Virus record (IMG/VR): IMGVR_UViG_3300025093_000023
Coordinates: 1 to 59,891 of that record
Origin: a virus
Taxonomy: Duplodnaviria; Caudoviricetes
DNA length: 59,891 bases
Reading direction: 5' to 3' (one strand)
The notes below the pieces were generated by a model. The model was not told the DNA's origin. It did no database searches and was given only the letters and a program-made list of their open reading frames with translations. Every line of letters starts with the position of its first letter. The first letter of the stretch is position 1. This document shows, piece after piece, positions 33,501-42,396 of this stretch. A program made the position numbers and the translations under genes.

Positions 33501-36500
33501 TAGATTATATTGTGTTTGAGTCTGGTAGAAAGGTGGGAGCTGAATCATCACATGCTACATATAACGAAGATGGATCATTTAATGATGCAGAGTATGCAGC
33601 TGTAGTGGATGTACCGTTTGCTATAATGAGTTTACAAAGTGATGTACCTTCTAAGGAGAAAGCATTAGTAACACGAGGATCTCAAACAACTAAGCTCATC
33701 ACAATGGACTACATGGATAATGGAGTTCCATTTGATTACACAGGTGGGTTAGAGAAATGGATGAAACTGTCTCAGGAAGAAAAGATTGCTAGTTCTGAGA
33801 TATACAAAGAGATTGCTAACAACCAGCGTCTTCTTGAAGAGATGACTAACGAAGGATACCAAATGATGCTAAAGCGTTTAGGTATCACAGAGCAAGATGG
33901 TAACTTTATTGTTACAGACTTTACAGAAGCTACAGAAACACTTCGAGATGAGATATTTAAGAGAGAAACTAATGATAATATTAGTGATGCTCTTACAGCA
34001 TTCTTAGATGGTGGAGTTGCTCTTGAAGCCACTCCTGCATATCAACAAGTTAGAAACATTCTATATTCTATTGTAGACAAACAAATCGTTCGTCCTAAGA
34101 TAAGTGGTGGACAAAAGGTGCAAATACCTTCATCGCTGTTTGAATCTAATCGTATAGCTGAGACAGAGATTAATGGTAAGAAAGGATATACATCTGACAT
34201 ACTTAAGTTCTATGAGAACAAAGATGGTGAGCGAGTGATGGAGATTATGGTGGGTCGTTGGTTCCAAAGTGATATGTCTGATAAAGAACTTCTTGAGTAT
34301 TTAAATAATACAGAAGAGGGTCAGAAAATATTATCTGGACTAGCCTTCCGTATTCCTACACAGAAACAAAACTCTATTGATGCATTTAGAATAAAACAAT
34401 TCCTACCAAAAGAGTTTGGGGACAACGTGGTTGTGCCTGCTGCTATTGTAAAGAAGGTGGGGAGTGACTTTGATATTGATAAACTTTCAATCTACCTTAA
34501 GAACACATATAAAGAAAATGGTAAACTTAAACTTGTTCCTTTCTACGGATTTGGACAACAAGCTAAAGATAAGTTTGCTGCTATGTTTGATAGCGGTAAG
34601 CTATTTAATAAGGAGCAACGAAACCAACTAAAGGACTTACAAGAGTTGAAAGACTATGAGTTGTCTGGAATGCTTGATACAGCTGAAGGTGAAAGATTCA
34701 ATGCATTATTTGAAGCTCTTGGTGTAAGTCAAGATGAGGATGCTCTGTCTATATTAGTTGAAGAACTAAAGAAAGATGGTGTGAAAGATGCAGTGGTTAA
34801 CAGAATGTATAAGCAATCTCTAGAGAATGAGTTTATACAGTCTTCTGAAAACTTAGTAAGTCACCCAGCAAACTTTGAAAGACTCATCACACCTAACTCT
34901 GCTGAACAATTAAAGGGTATATCTAAAACTATTGTTGATAAGGTGATAGGTGAAGAGTTTGATTATACTGATGTGGACAATATGCTTGATAGAAGGTTTA
35001 TGTCTAGACTAAGACAAGCATTTGTATCAGGTAAACAAGCTATTGGTATTGCTGCTGTACAACAAACTAACCACTCACTCAACCAAAGATCTGCTATGTA
35101 TGTTGACAAGAACAGACTTGATAGAGTTGACTTTAGAGATGCAAAGTTCTTAGGTGATGCTGAGGTGAGATTTGAAAAATATAATAAGGTTACAATAGAT
35201 GGACAAGAATATCCATCACTATCTGGTGTAAACAATGCAGATGGTCAACTTATCTCTGATATACTTGGACAGTTTATTGATGGATATGTAGACATCTCTA
35301 AGGGTCCATGGATTATGGAAATGGGTGCTACACCAAACGTAGCATCAACATTCATGTTCCTTGTAAAGATAGGTGTACCAGTAGACACTGTAGCATACTT
35401 CATGAACCAACCAATCATTCGTGAATATCTACAGTCAGTTGAGAATGCAGGATACAAGTTCTTATTTATAGATGACTTTATAGATGCAACTATAGACAAC
35501 TATGGAGGGTTAACAGAAGCTCAAGAAAAGAATCTACCTAAGCAAATACCTAGCAAAGCTTCTCTACTTAACACATTAGGTAAAGAAGAATTCAATGCTA
35601 AGGAGAACTTAGAACAGATATTTATGTTAAAAGAATTCTTGAAGTATGCTAAGATGGCTAACCAATTGTACACAGTTACACAGGGAACCAACTGGGATAC
35701 ATCAACATTCAATGATCCATATCTTGTATTTAAGAAGAATGTTCAGTTCTTTAGATCACAAGGTACCATTATATCTGATTCAGCTAACTTATTAGATGAG
35801 TCTTTTATTGGTAATCAAGCTGATAGAATAAATGATTCTAGAAACGCTCTTGCAAACTTCCTTCTATCAGATAGAGGTAGTGTAAGAACTGTACTAGAAC
35901 AAGTGCTTAAGCCATATATTGAACTACCAAACAGAACGTTTATTAAGGTGGCTAGAAAAGCTGTAAACGATTTATTTGATTGGGCTGTACAAACTAATCA
36001 AGGACTTAACTTACAGATACAAGAAACACTTCTATCAGACAAGGGTGTAGCCTCTGAGGTGGTTGCATTTATTGATAAGATTAAAAAGAATCCAAAAGAT
36101 CCACTATTTAATAATCAGATAGTGAATCTTCTTGAGGTGAGACCATCTAGAAAAGGTGGAGAAACTACACCAAACAATGTATCTCTTAAGAATACAGATA
36201 ATAAAGTGTATGACCAAAACAATATCATATACTCATTCCGTGAGTTAAGAGAGGCGCTACAAGACAAAACAGACTTGTATGACAAACTAGTTACACTAGC
36301 TATTCTTCAGTCTGGACTTAACAACTCACCTATATCATTTACATCACTTATTCCTTACGAGGACTTTGCAAGAATATACAATAAAACCTTGCCCATCATA
36401 GAAAATTTACCTAACTTGAACGACTTCTATGAACTGGGTGTTTTCCAAAGAAATAACTGGAATGACAATGATGTAGTTGCATATAATCGACTGTTCTCTA

Positions 36501-37114
36501 TATTTAATCCAGTTTATGGTGTGCAGTATCCATCTGTTGATTTCTTACCACCTAATGTAAAGAAAGCTATAGCAGAGGGTGAGATACCACAAGTGATCAC
36601 TCAGAGAATAGGAAAAGTTGGTGGTGAGTACATTGTAGCAAGTTGGAACAAGAAACTATCAAGACAAGAGATAGCTAAAATGCGTAGAGCTGGAGACTAT
36701 TCTTACGTAAACAAAGGGTTGTTCAAGCAAGTGTTTGATGCTGATGGTAATCCATTATTCACTAGAGATAAAAAAGGTAATGCATACTTTGTATATAAAG
36801 CAATCAATGCTCTTGGTGATAGCTTCAGAGCTAACGAGTTTTATTCATCAGCTAAGGAGTCTATTATTGACAATGGTATGATGAAAGTGAATGAAGTGAT
36901 GGATGCTCAAGTTGTTGCAGCGTTTGAAGCAACAAAACCAAAACCTTCTACCAGTCCATCAAGTAATGTGTTGTTTACTAAAGAAGGCGGTAAATATAGA
37001 TTAGCAGATGGTAACCTATATGATGCAGATCAAATCAATTCAGAGATGTTATTAGCTATGGGGTATTCAGAACAAAGAGCTGGTCAAATAATTAATATAA
37101 AATGTAAAGGCTAA
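24554..37114 (+). CDS. Giant virion-packaged two-barrel RNA polymerase polyprotein
   Basis: 4186 aa. Catalytic FRIPTQ...VGSDFDIDKL (DxDxD at 34466-34480), upstream ETDGGG motif, degenerate zincin AYHEVFE; fits the crAss-like / phi14:2 gp66 type. Confidence 0.85.
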   Translation: MAKDNLPKAQRGKTVIPPPTQLSTPNPLLSQQFMQQRYGGFSGARTVSPLPSVPYVSPYAGVQPPDAQNTSALSNFLKFANTKRDDSGGGKMRTLDEYAGNEKGRYDYFMPGDFDNEDAAAQGQSFGAKMVNGVSKGLLLTGTTFLQSTVGLVNGTYQAIADGKFSSFYDNEFNRALDEINKYAEDALPNYYTAEERDASWYSPKYWATGNFLWDGVVKNLGFAAGAALSGGVYTSTLKSLPYASRLFSVGKGAETLAATEAGIASGASKVAETYGKIRGLSDKFLSNYNTLNPAGRAVVAGLATTGEAGIEALHSSNEFRQRLIDEHVEQYGVPPTGAALQAINDAAEGSGNATFFANVGILTATNYIQFPKILGSTYRGEKGIANGLVREIDDIVYEGGKYVKPKTKYPFLSRINKIRPYTFSTSEAFEEVAQYSATVATQDYYNKARNGEATSWLNSIGVGITKGAFSDEGAKNALIGGLSGAIMLGRGRYRGDKARRQNTAQALKDLNNANLSDFTKETIDAVNRGTVLQQEREAAIKSGDILNSKDLEKDYIINYLTPRIKYGRYDLVKSDIAEYRKLASTEEGFAQLQAEGKALESDTREAYLERLGRFEQTADNVKSLYQSLNLRYSGQVDENGKPIYSNDVINKMIYAATKVADYDQRIMDLMGPLTAAGVNTSEVIDQLIAGNSEAFNEAIASIEEMDIIEEEKETLAQSLEDASELALRRQSFLQAYQDIKENPKKYSEAPIVEEDVPTGPVETVTVKTKQGDKDIEIGTPYFVGKGVDYSKDPLDAPVPISEFVVQKVNEDGTLEIKTQNGEVKNVSPDVLEDFKIGKTSTLRSNKTANYYYNHRNEIFEFNFGKNFGGKRRGRLEYQDDKLYFVYLTPKGKVARKELNNSYFVTQEGYSQPRITKVGSVENQQQKDSRIGFMSPSELKAQKATLAKNREARLEVLTQLGEEAKESLEETNKKLAQQTEKLAKIEEDLANIAKMKEAGPTGPKIKLNFSKATKVFTKALNNLTAMQADVEAEIDSLNSQKEELELNISYFQDFANQITDAPEDSGEFLRELKRQVALLVDNGKNLNNALSAAKKLSKSAEKAIKSAAKLFRKTLKQTYIVDQDYSQYLSDLLDQVVSGENLQETWPLLKQEMANFALTADLSKDATVNEADLLNSINDVKQIEKDLADLRSEYKARKIIVDRFDSIMKEYLEQQKQEQETAAKLNQVMATADKGTPTNSFDTRFEPVSKKSNEIIYRATVAPETGKDHQTRANQFGIDLNSFENRDKIRALFVTSKTQEQLLPGVVEYMLEGDPALIEQFKDSMIIMVMVNENGELVGVDGQPIPQGQPLLENAIYQAMPEAGFRNGEMFREDTPQEVKDAINKQYKERRDNILEQTALGIPQEIEASFGIPQIDKDARTSVQDAGLVDDVDLQDELVLFVPTTNKNVSKGTVAYNTPLGAVFLETPNGYVKLKNRLHTKKEATAIFDSILQLAKNMIDPGQGITSDSSVRILDFLRGVTYWGVPTDQQGNRKDAGNNSVFFQKDPQTNRLMLIIGNQGVTFQFTPSQLEANKDLVISALENIYNNVTAAKTKDINRSFEQITGISPEGGIESVTWPNYQSYLLSNKNPDGSTREDFELPIYTNMQPKEEGKFNRVGVYFYVTNTADEFVIPEPKAQATNIPIKQKTSFVLDGNTTNTYTSPEGKKLLFKASPNVTINNYQETITVLPGADLAEVAESINTAGKDYKQVIKKTVYNAIAPQLTKEKAQDAFEMESTIGAPATPAQPTQQTSEVEVVTYKGTKYSVDFSVGSGTITNLKTGKVLEGGVTSPVGQAVVDKAIAQQDSAEQTEMEVTIGTPEQQAEAQEKIDSLEDQINSALSDANSEDLRVKINEEIQMFEPENWTDVESWLKQNFPNVPVFRVKNIIQATNGRQAWGMFKDGAIYVYENAETGTAYHEVFEAVWKMFTTSEEQANILNEFKARKGTFVDRPTGETVKFSEATPAQIKEQLAEEFRDFVQKKQGVKGLGARIAKLFRELKKFIENALLGDKAQSFTDELFKRIGSGYYKKRMPYATQLSMAQEGIIDIEDAFATSDSEFRIKTLSDRQTSDAVQEMTFLMLNDLIKTDKSLFTIADDINQKDFYEKLLPRVLATIRSKEVVINNLINKTENLSQDQKQRLLAIVAQNRQLEKDVVVDWPRLTEKHKEYIKSYGIQFDENDDLQLSDEDKIKESNKFDASKIDSFRKANTAIKLLLASNPIVDNSGKAVVSSINGRLLNPVSKMYITLMNKLHTSTSVEDMLDRLGQMSVEDPTYRTLYKRLTKQDYSDGAVDLSNIESTHALNLISGMWKTFKKQSPDVKNVFVFDNGEIAVGDAALSSSANQLRNEYTRSIAVKSKAGQGYFTYNEQQNAYFPKKKKLRDVKLDTPARMINFLSTLGVPFSTTEYNRLSFANKKQFKDAVSGIKESLLKTDKVVTFSTKSLDINKRLLELGILKTAASNPEFSSTYFNLQGERVQTFLGPNAASELHNTLVNIDNLNELAGTQYEYLLKDVFTQGSNLLGRMFNLQTGKKRSGANDLFKAGYVGGIIDEQKGRSTPSSRLTQKQRIVQELNLNIEGNYLNLVPGDAGIEHMLYMGNPITANDLARGLVDVNEIFRKYFLSELELSREDRPVAKGRDSKDLRFFKGILGDKLHNDIITTEGTPEEVYTIYQAKINQAIQDYLKADISRVLSYLNRFGIVNEEVSGRYTLENVDLPIQMTPQELSRQLTAMSVNYMIANIEMHKLLYSDPYQYKDELKRTKSFLSPRQALINNSPKMNTALNKVWNEGFEKDDIGYTNFTQDYMRTASHQDIVGVIDLPNYENYEETDGGGIISFKAYRNFRIRAGEWNENEEKQYRYDVAYEKRAKGLTLSTAEVNLLKEPNPAVQSAYTSLKPIVSGAKLGYTYNNVVLDKYALYPLSYRVMNEINSESNGLKLYNKMQDENIDYIVFESGRKVGAESSHATYNEDGSFNDAEYAAVVDVPFAIMSLQSDVPSKEKALVTRGSQTTKLITMDYMDNGVPFDYTGGLEKWMKLSQEEKIASSEIYKEIANNQRLLEEMTNEGYQMMLKRLGITEQDGNFIVTDFTEATETLRDEIFKRETNDNISDALTAFLDGGVALEATPAYQQVRNILYSIVDKQIVRPKISGGQKVQIPSSLFESNRIAETEINGKKGYTSDILKFYENKDGERVMEIMVGRWFQSDMSDKELLEYLNNTEEGQKILSGLAFRIPTQKQNSIDAFRIKQFLPKEFGDNVVVPAAIVKKVGSDFDIDKLSIYLKNTYKENGKLKLVPFYGFGQQAKDKFAAMFDSGKLFNKEQRNQLKDLQELKDYELSGMLDTAEGERFNALFEALGVSQDEDALSILVEELKKDGVKDAVVNRMYKQSLENEFIQSSENLVSHPANFERLITPNSAEQLKGISKTIVDKVIGEEFDYTDVDNMLDRRFMSRLRQAFVSGKQAIGIAAVQQTNHSLNQRSAMYVDKNRLDRVDFRDAKFLGDAEVRFEKYNKVTIDGQEYPSLSGVNNADGQLISDILGQFIDGYVDISKGPWIMEMGATPNVASTFMFLVKIGVPVDTVAYFMNQPIIREYLQSVENAGYKFLFIDDFIDATIDNYGGLTEAQEKNLPKQIPSKASLLNTLGKEEFNAKENLEQIFMLKEFLKYAKMANQLYTVTQGTNWDTSTFNDPYLVFKKNVQFFRSQGTIISDSANLLDESFIGNQADRINDSRNALANFLLSDRGSVRTVLEQVLKPYIELPNRTFIKVARKAVNDLFDWAVQTNQGLNLQIQETLLSDKGVASEVVAFIDKIKKNPKDPLFNNQIVNLLEVRPSRKGGETTPNNVSLKNTDNKVYDQNNIIYSFRELREALQDKTDLYDKLVTLAILQSGLNNSPISFTSLIPYEDFARIYNKTLPIIENLPNLNDFYELGVFQRNNWNDNDVVAYNRLFSIFNPVYGVQYPSVDFLPPNVKKAIAEGEIPQVITQRIGKVGGEYIVASWNKKLSRQEIAKMRRAGDYSYVNKGLFKQVFDADGNPLFTRDKKGNAYFVYKAINALGDSFRANEFYSSAKESIIDNGMMKVNEVMDAQVVAAFEATKPKPSTSPSSNVLFTKEGGKYRLADGNLYDADQINSEMLLAMGYSEQRAGQIINIKCKG

Positions 37115-40100
37115 TGGCAACATGTCCTAACATAAACTTACCACAGTGGAAATCATTAGTAGCTTCCAGAGGGGAAGATATGGCTTATTTCATATGGGAT
37201 AAGTATAGTGGTGAGGTTCCTTCAAATGAAATGCGTGACACATCTCCTGAGATTATTTCAAAGGTGAAACAGGTAATTGATAAGATGGGTGTTAATGTAA
37301 AAGACCTAACTGAATATGCAAAAGAAAATCCTACTATTGATGAGTCTTCTGTTAACGCTGTAGCTGATTTAGCTGCTGGTGTTATTGCTATTTCTGAAGC
37401 TAAGGCAGATGAGAGCACACTTACAGAAGAGATGGTGCACATTGCTACAGCTATTATTGAGCAACGTAACCCTGAGCTCGTTACAGAGATGATATCTAAG
37501 ATAGGTAGGTTTAAGATATATAAGGATACACTAGAAGCTTATAAAGATATTCCTGTATACCAACTAGAGAATGGTAAACCAGACATTCGTAAAATAAAGA
37601 AGGAAGCTGTAGATAAAATGATCACAGCTATTATTCTAGGTGATACAACTGTGTCACTAGAGGAAGCTGACCAGTCCATCTTTAGAAGAATGTGGGACAT
37701 GATAACTGACTGGTTTAGAGGACAATACAAGAGAGCAAACATTGATGTGTTTTCTACAACTGCTGAGACAGTAATAGGTGGTGAGTTTGAAGGAAGTATT
37801 GTTGACTTAGACAGTAAAGAAATATATTATCAACTTACAGATAAACAGAAAGAATTCCAAAGAAAGGTGGAAGACACAAGAGCTTCTTTGAGAAAAATAG
37901 AAACTAATGAAAAAGCAGATCCTCTATTACTAGATGAGGAGAAAGCTACAAGTTACTACGAACTTCTTGTTAATGGTAAGTATGTAAGAATTACCAAAAG
38001 GGTAACTGATCGAGTTAAGCGTTGGTACAGAGCACGCTTTGGTGATAAGAGATTTACTGCTCAGGAACAGAAAGATAATGAAGTGAAGCGTGTATTAGGT
38101 ACACAATACCATGGATATTTTGAAGAGGCACATGCTAGATTCTTTAATGAAGATGGCACTAGAAGAGAAACTCCAGGACCACGTCCTAACATACAAGGTT
38201 CTTTAAACAATCAGGTGTATGATAAGTTAGAGACTTACTACACTGATCTTATTGCATCGTTCTCAGAGAATGGTAAGAACCCATTAGTGTTTTCTGAACT
38301 ACAAGTGTATGATCCTAAAAACAAAGAGGCAGGTACAATTGACTTGTTGATTGTTGAAGAAGATGGTACAGCAAACATTTATGACTGGAAGTTTATGAGT
38401 GTTGCAAAAGGTGCTGAAGATGTTGCTTGGTATAAGCAAGGAGCATATGGTATACAGCTTGGTACGTACAAGAAGATATTACTTGACAACTATGGTGTAA
38501 AACAAGTTGGTAAGAACAGAGCTGTTCCAATCATCATGGATCTTAAGAGACAAAACTTTCAAGACCCAACTAGCAAGTTAGAGATAAAAGGTATAGAGAT
38601 TGGTTCTGTAGATCCAAATAAGATAGACAAGCTTACACTCACACCTGTATCAGAAGAATCAGAAACTACAGGCGTAGAAGTTCTTGATGATGTAATTAAA
38701 CAGTTGAATGCTGTACAAGCTCAATTATCAAAGAAACTTGTAAGTAGTGAGGAAGAAAGAATGTTTAAGGTGGAGCGACTAAACATCTTAAACAAAGCAA
38801 TACGATCTTTACGAGGTAACCAAAACATTGGACCACTGATTGATGCAATCTCTGTTATGGAACGAGAGGGGTCAAACATAATTGCAGAATATCAAAGTGC
38901 ATACGAAGGTAGACCAGCAGATGATAAAGACCTAACAGACGTACAATTATCTGATTTCTCAGCAAACATGAGAGAGTACATTGCTTCTTCTGCAGTGTTT
39001 GGTGAACTCACTGATAACATTGGTGATTTAATTTACACTAAAGAGATGGAGCAAGATGCTATCACAGAAGAAGATAAGCAGTCTTTAGCTCAAAGAAAAG
39101 AACTGCTTGACAAACTTAGAGATCAATCAGAATCTATTCGTAAGTCAAGAACAAAGATTGTGAAGATTGCTGGCGAGTTCTCTGATAAGTTTATAGGTGA
39201 GCGTAATCTTGTAACAGGACTTATGTCTCCAGAAAGAGTTGTGAAAGGACTACGATCACTCTTTAGAGGATTATCAGATATAGGACTAGCAGCTACAGAT
39301 CTTTTGTATAAGATGGCAAACCGTGCTATGGGTAAAGCTCAAGAAGAATCATTACGAGAGGTCAATGAGCTTATTGCAATACAGGAAAAGTTAAAAGCTA
39401 GAGGTGGTAACTTAAGAGACTTGGTATTAAAGGTGTATCAAAAAGATACTGAGGGTGGTATTGTAAACAAACTTATATATAAGTATCAGAAGGCATTCTA
39501 TGAGCAAGTAGATGCAAATGCTCAAGAGGGTGCAAGAAGTAAAAAGTGGCTAAAAGATAATGTTGATTTAAAAGCTTATGCTCAAGAAGCTAACAAGATA
39601 CTTAAGCAAAGACTTAGTCGTATAAACAAAACATATGAGGAAGGTGCTCTAAAAGAAAAACTTATACTAGAAGAGCAAAGAAAATGGGATGTAAATAGAC
39701 GTGACTTTAATGGTTGGAACAACTACGTAATAAAAAGACACCCACAAGAGAAGTGGCAGAGTAAAGAATACGTTGATCTTAAAAAAGATCCTGAGCTATT
39801 TGAGTTATATAACTGGATCTCTAAGATGAATGATAAAGCTACAGAGATTGGATATATAGACAATGCTGTACGCTCTACATTCCTACCGTTCGTTAGAAAG
39901 AGCATGGCAGAGAGTATTGCTTGGGATGGTTCTTTAGGATCTATCTCAAATACATTTGGTAATTTAAAAGCTAGAGCTGATGATGTAGGGTATGGATCTA
40001 TAAACGAACTTACAAATGAACTAGAAAACTCTATACCTAAATATTACACTAGTGACTTTAGTAAAACAAAAGAAGATGGTACTAATGACTACTCTGATGT

Positions 40101-41919
40101 TAGCTTAGATTTATTTAAGAATCTTATACTGTATACTAATCACATGAATAAGTATAAGTATCTAACTGAGGTAGAGGATCAACTTCTTCTTGCTAAAACT
40201 GTACAGCAGTTTAAGAAAAACATTAAGACAGGTAGATTTGGCAATGCTGTGATATCAGATGGTAGAGTGCAGCTTGAGGCAGGTAATACCCAAAATATAA
40301 AAATTATTGATGACTACTTTAACAATGTCTTATATGGAAAAAGATATGCTGCAGATGATACAGACATAGCACTAGGAAGAGGAATAAACAAAGTATTTGG
40401 TAGAGAAATTGTTAATGAAAAAGATACAGTTATCTCTCTACAAAAAACTATGGACTTCATGAATAGATATACTCAGATGAAGTCATTAGGTTTTGAATTT
40501 ATATCTGGTGCTGTAAACATCTTTGGTGGTAACATACAGGTATCTGCACAGGCAGGTAAGTATTTTAAAGCTAGAGAGGTGGCAAAGTATGAAGCTAAAT
40601 TAATTGGAAATAAGTTTAAGAATGATGATGAAAGAAAAATGTTCATTCAGCTTATTGATAAGTTCATGCCACTGAAAGATGACCCCACTTATGATAAGTT
40701 AGTAAAATCTGGTATGTCAACTCTTACAGACAAGAACTTTTCTGATTTATTATTTGTATTCTTTAGACAACCTGAACAACATCTAGAGAAGTCTATATTT
40801 ATGGCCCTATTAGACAATATGATGGTGCAGGATGGTAAACTTGTAAACATCAGAGACTTTGTAAAGAACAAATACAAAGCAAGATATAACAGCGCTGAAG
40901 AATATAGAACACTCAATCCTAAGATTAAGGAAGAGATTGCAGAGCTACAGAAAACAAGATCTATCAATGCTACAAAGAAACTAGAAGATGGCAAGCTTGT
41001 TGTACCAGGACTAGATCTAAACAATAGACAAGAACTACAACGTCTCACTAATATAGCTAGAACACTTGCTAGAACTGCTACTGGTGGTCAAACAGAATTT
41101 GACAACCTAAGAATAAACATGAATGTTTGGACTCGTTCTTTAATGGTATTTAAAGGATGGATTCCTAAACTTGTTGACACACGTTTTGGTGAGTTCAGAA
41201 AGGTAGCTGATGATTTTAATGTAGAGATAGGTGAAGATGGTATGACTACTGGAGAACGTTATGACGTAGGTAGAGTGAGACTATGGGGTGGACTTTTATT
41301 AGAAAGTATCAGAGATAAGACTTTGAATATAACAAATATTCTAAAAGGTAACGAACAAGGGTTGAAGAAACTTGATGAACTGTATGAAAAATACACAGAT
41401 CAGTACTTTCAAAAGAATGGTGTACAAGCAAATCTTACAAAAGAAGAGTTTGCTGACATGATACAAACTAACTTATATAACCAAATTAAGGAACTTCGTA
41501 TACTACTTATCATGCTCTCTATATCATTTATTGTTGGTGCTATTGCTCCAGATGATGATGATGACAAAGCTAGAAAAAACTTTCTTAGATTTAACCAAAG
41601 AGTTGTAGACAAGTTTATTAGTGAGCTTCTGTTCTTCTACAACCCATCAGAAATGGCAAACACACTTGATGCTGGTATGCCTCTTCTTGGACTGCTAAAA
41701 GATATAAGAAGATTTGCTGATCACACTGCTAAAGAGATTACAGGATTTGATACTAGTAATCCAGGTAAGACAGCTGATGAGGTTAGAAAGGATGCTCAGC
41801 CAACTAAAAACCTAATGAAGATGTTCCCACTTGCTAAATCATTTGTGAACTATCTTGCAATGTTTAATGAAGACTTTGCTAAGGAATTTGATGTAACAAT
41901 TCCAAAAAGGGTTAGGTAA
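37114..41919 (+). CDS. Giant virion cargo protein with PD-(D/E)xK nuclease domain
   Basis: 1601 aa; SELQVYD...AGTIDLLIVEEDGTANIYDWK...QLGTY; degenerate zincin-like EEMVH; hydrophobic helix near the C-terminus. Confidence 0.7.
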   Translation: MATCPNINLPQWKSLVASRGEDMAYFIWDKYSGEVPSNEMRDTSPEIISKVKQVIDKMGVNVKDLTEYAKENPTIDESSVNAVADLAAGVIAISEAKADESTLTEEMVHIATAIIEQRNPELVTEMISKIGRFKIYKDTLEAYKDIPVYQLENGKPDIRKIKKEAVDKMITAIILGDTTVSLEEADQSIFRRMWDMITDWFRGQYKRANIDVFSTTAETVIGGEFEGSIVDLDSKEIYYQLTDKQKEFQRKVEDTRASLRKIETNEKADPLLLDEEKATSYYELLVNGKYVRITKRVTDRVKRWYRARFGDKRFTAQEQKDNEVKRVLGTQYHGYFEEAHARFFNEDGTRRETPGPRPNIQGSLNNQVYDKLETYYTDLIASFSENGKNPLVFSELQVYDPKNKEAGTIDLLIVEEDGTANIYDWKFMSVAKGAEDVAWYKQGAYGIQLGTYKKILLDNYGVKQVGKNRAVPIIMDLKRQNFQDPTSKLEIKGIEIGSVDPNKIDKLTLTPVSEESETTGVEVLDDVIKQLNAVQAQLSKKLVSSEEERMFKVERLNILNKAIRSLRGNQNIGPLIDAISVMEREGSNIIAEYQSAYEGRPADDKDLTDVQLSDFSANMREYIASSAVFGELTDNIGDLIYTKEMEQDAITEEDKQSLAQRKELLDKLRDQSESIRKSRTKIVKIAGEFSDKFIGERNLVTGLMSPERVVKGLRSLFRGLSDIGLAATDLLYKMANRAMGKAQEESLREVNELIAIQEKLKARGGNLRDLVLKVYQKDTEGGIVNKLIYKYQKAFYEQVDANAQEGARSKKWLKDNVDLKAYAQEANKILKQRLSRINKTYEEGALKEKLILEEQRKWDVNRRDFNGWNNYVIKRHPQEKWQSKEYVDLKKDPELFELYNWISKMNDKATEIGYIDNAVRSTFLPFVRKSMAESIAWDGSLGSISNTFGNLKARADDVGYGSINELTNELENSIPKYYTSDFSKTKEDGTNDYSDVSLDLFKNLILYTNHMNKYKYLTEVEDQLLLAKTVQQFKKNIKTGRFGNAVISDGRVQLEAGNTQNIKIIDDYFNNVLYGKRYAADDTDIALGRGINKVFGREIVNEKDTVISLQKTMDFMNRYTQMKSLGFEFISGAVNIFGGNIQVSAQAGKYFKAREVAKYEAKLIGNKFKNDDERKMFIQLIDKFMPLKDDPTYDKLVKSGMSTLTDKNFSDLLFVFFRQPEQHLEKSIFMALLDNMMVQDGKLVNIRDFVKNKYKARYNSAEEYRTLNPKIKEEIAELQKTRSINATKKLEDGKLVVPGLDLNNRQELQRLTNIARTLARTATGGQTEFDNLRINMNVWTRSLMVFKGWIPKLVDTRFGEFRKVADDFNVEIGEDGMTTGERYDVGRVRLWGGLLLESIRDKTLNITNILKGNEQGLKKLDELYEKYTDQYFQKNGVQANLTKEEFADMIQTNLYNQIKELRILLIMLSISFIVGAIAPDDDDDKARKNFLRFNQRVVDKFISELLFFYNPSEMANTLDAGMPLLGLLKDIRRFADHTAKEITGFDTSNPGKTADEVRKDAQPTKNLMKMFPLAKSFVNYLAMFNEDFAKEFDVTIPKRVR

Positions 41920-41920
41920 C

Positions 41921-41983
41921 GCTATATTATAGCCCTATATTTTTATAACAATTTTTAAAACACATATATAAAACATATCTTTG
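41921..41983 (+). promoter_or_regulatory. GCTATATTAT motif plus -7 box TATCTTTG (41976-41983)
   Basis: Intergenic; the same motif pair recurs at 55271/55325. Confidence 0.6.
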
Positions 41984-41988
41984 TAATT

Positions 41989-42378
41989 ATGAGAACCGCT
42001 GAAATTTGCCCAACGTGCGCTGTATATCAAAATGCTGAATGCATTATATACAATGGCCCCTACCTTACAAATATTGTTGTGAATCCACTAGATGATTTAC
42101 AAACAATTCTAGGTAACATTAATAGCAATCTTGTACCTCTTACAGGAACAGGAGCTCCAACATCACCTGCAACATATGTAGGTCAATTGTATGTTGATAA
42201 TAACACAAGTGCAGTGTACTATGCATCTACTGCTGGTACATCTGATGATTTTGATCAGTTATTAACAGCACCAATTGCAGGAGTGCCTGAATATTCCAAT
42301 AATGCTGCAGCATTATTTGCTGGACTGGTTGCTGGACAACTATACAGAACAGGAGACATCCTTAAGATAGTACACTAA
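41989..42378 (+). CDS. Small structural / fibre-associated protein
   Basis: 129 aa; CIIYNGPYL...DDL module; GTGAPTSPATYVGQLYVD and AGLVAGQLYRTG motifs of fibre type. Confidence 0.65.
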   Translation: MRTAEICPTCAVYQNAECIIYNGPYLTNIVVNPLDDLQTILGNINSNLVPLTGTGAPTSPATYVGQLYVDNNTSAVYYASTAGTSDDFDQLLTAPIAGVPEYSNNAAALFAGLVAGQLYRTGDILKIVH

Positions 42379-42396
42379 GAATAAACCCCATTCCAG

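Noticed and set aside
24554-41919. Short antisense ORFs inside the giant genes
   Set aside because: Fully nested, 60-150 aa, with no motifs; expected from codon bias.
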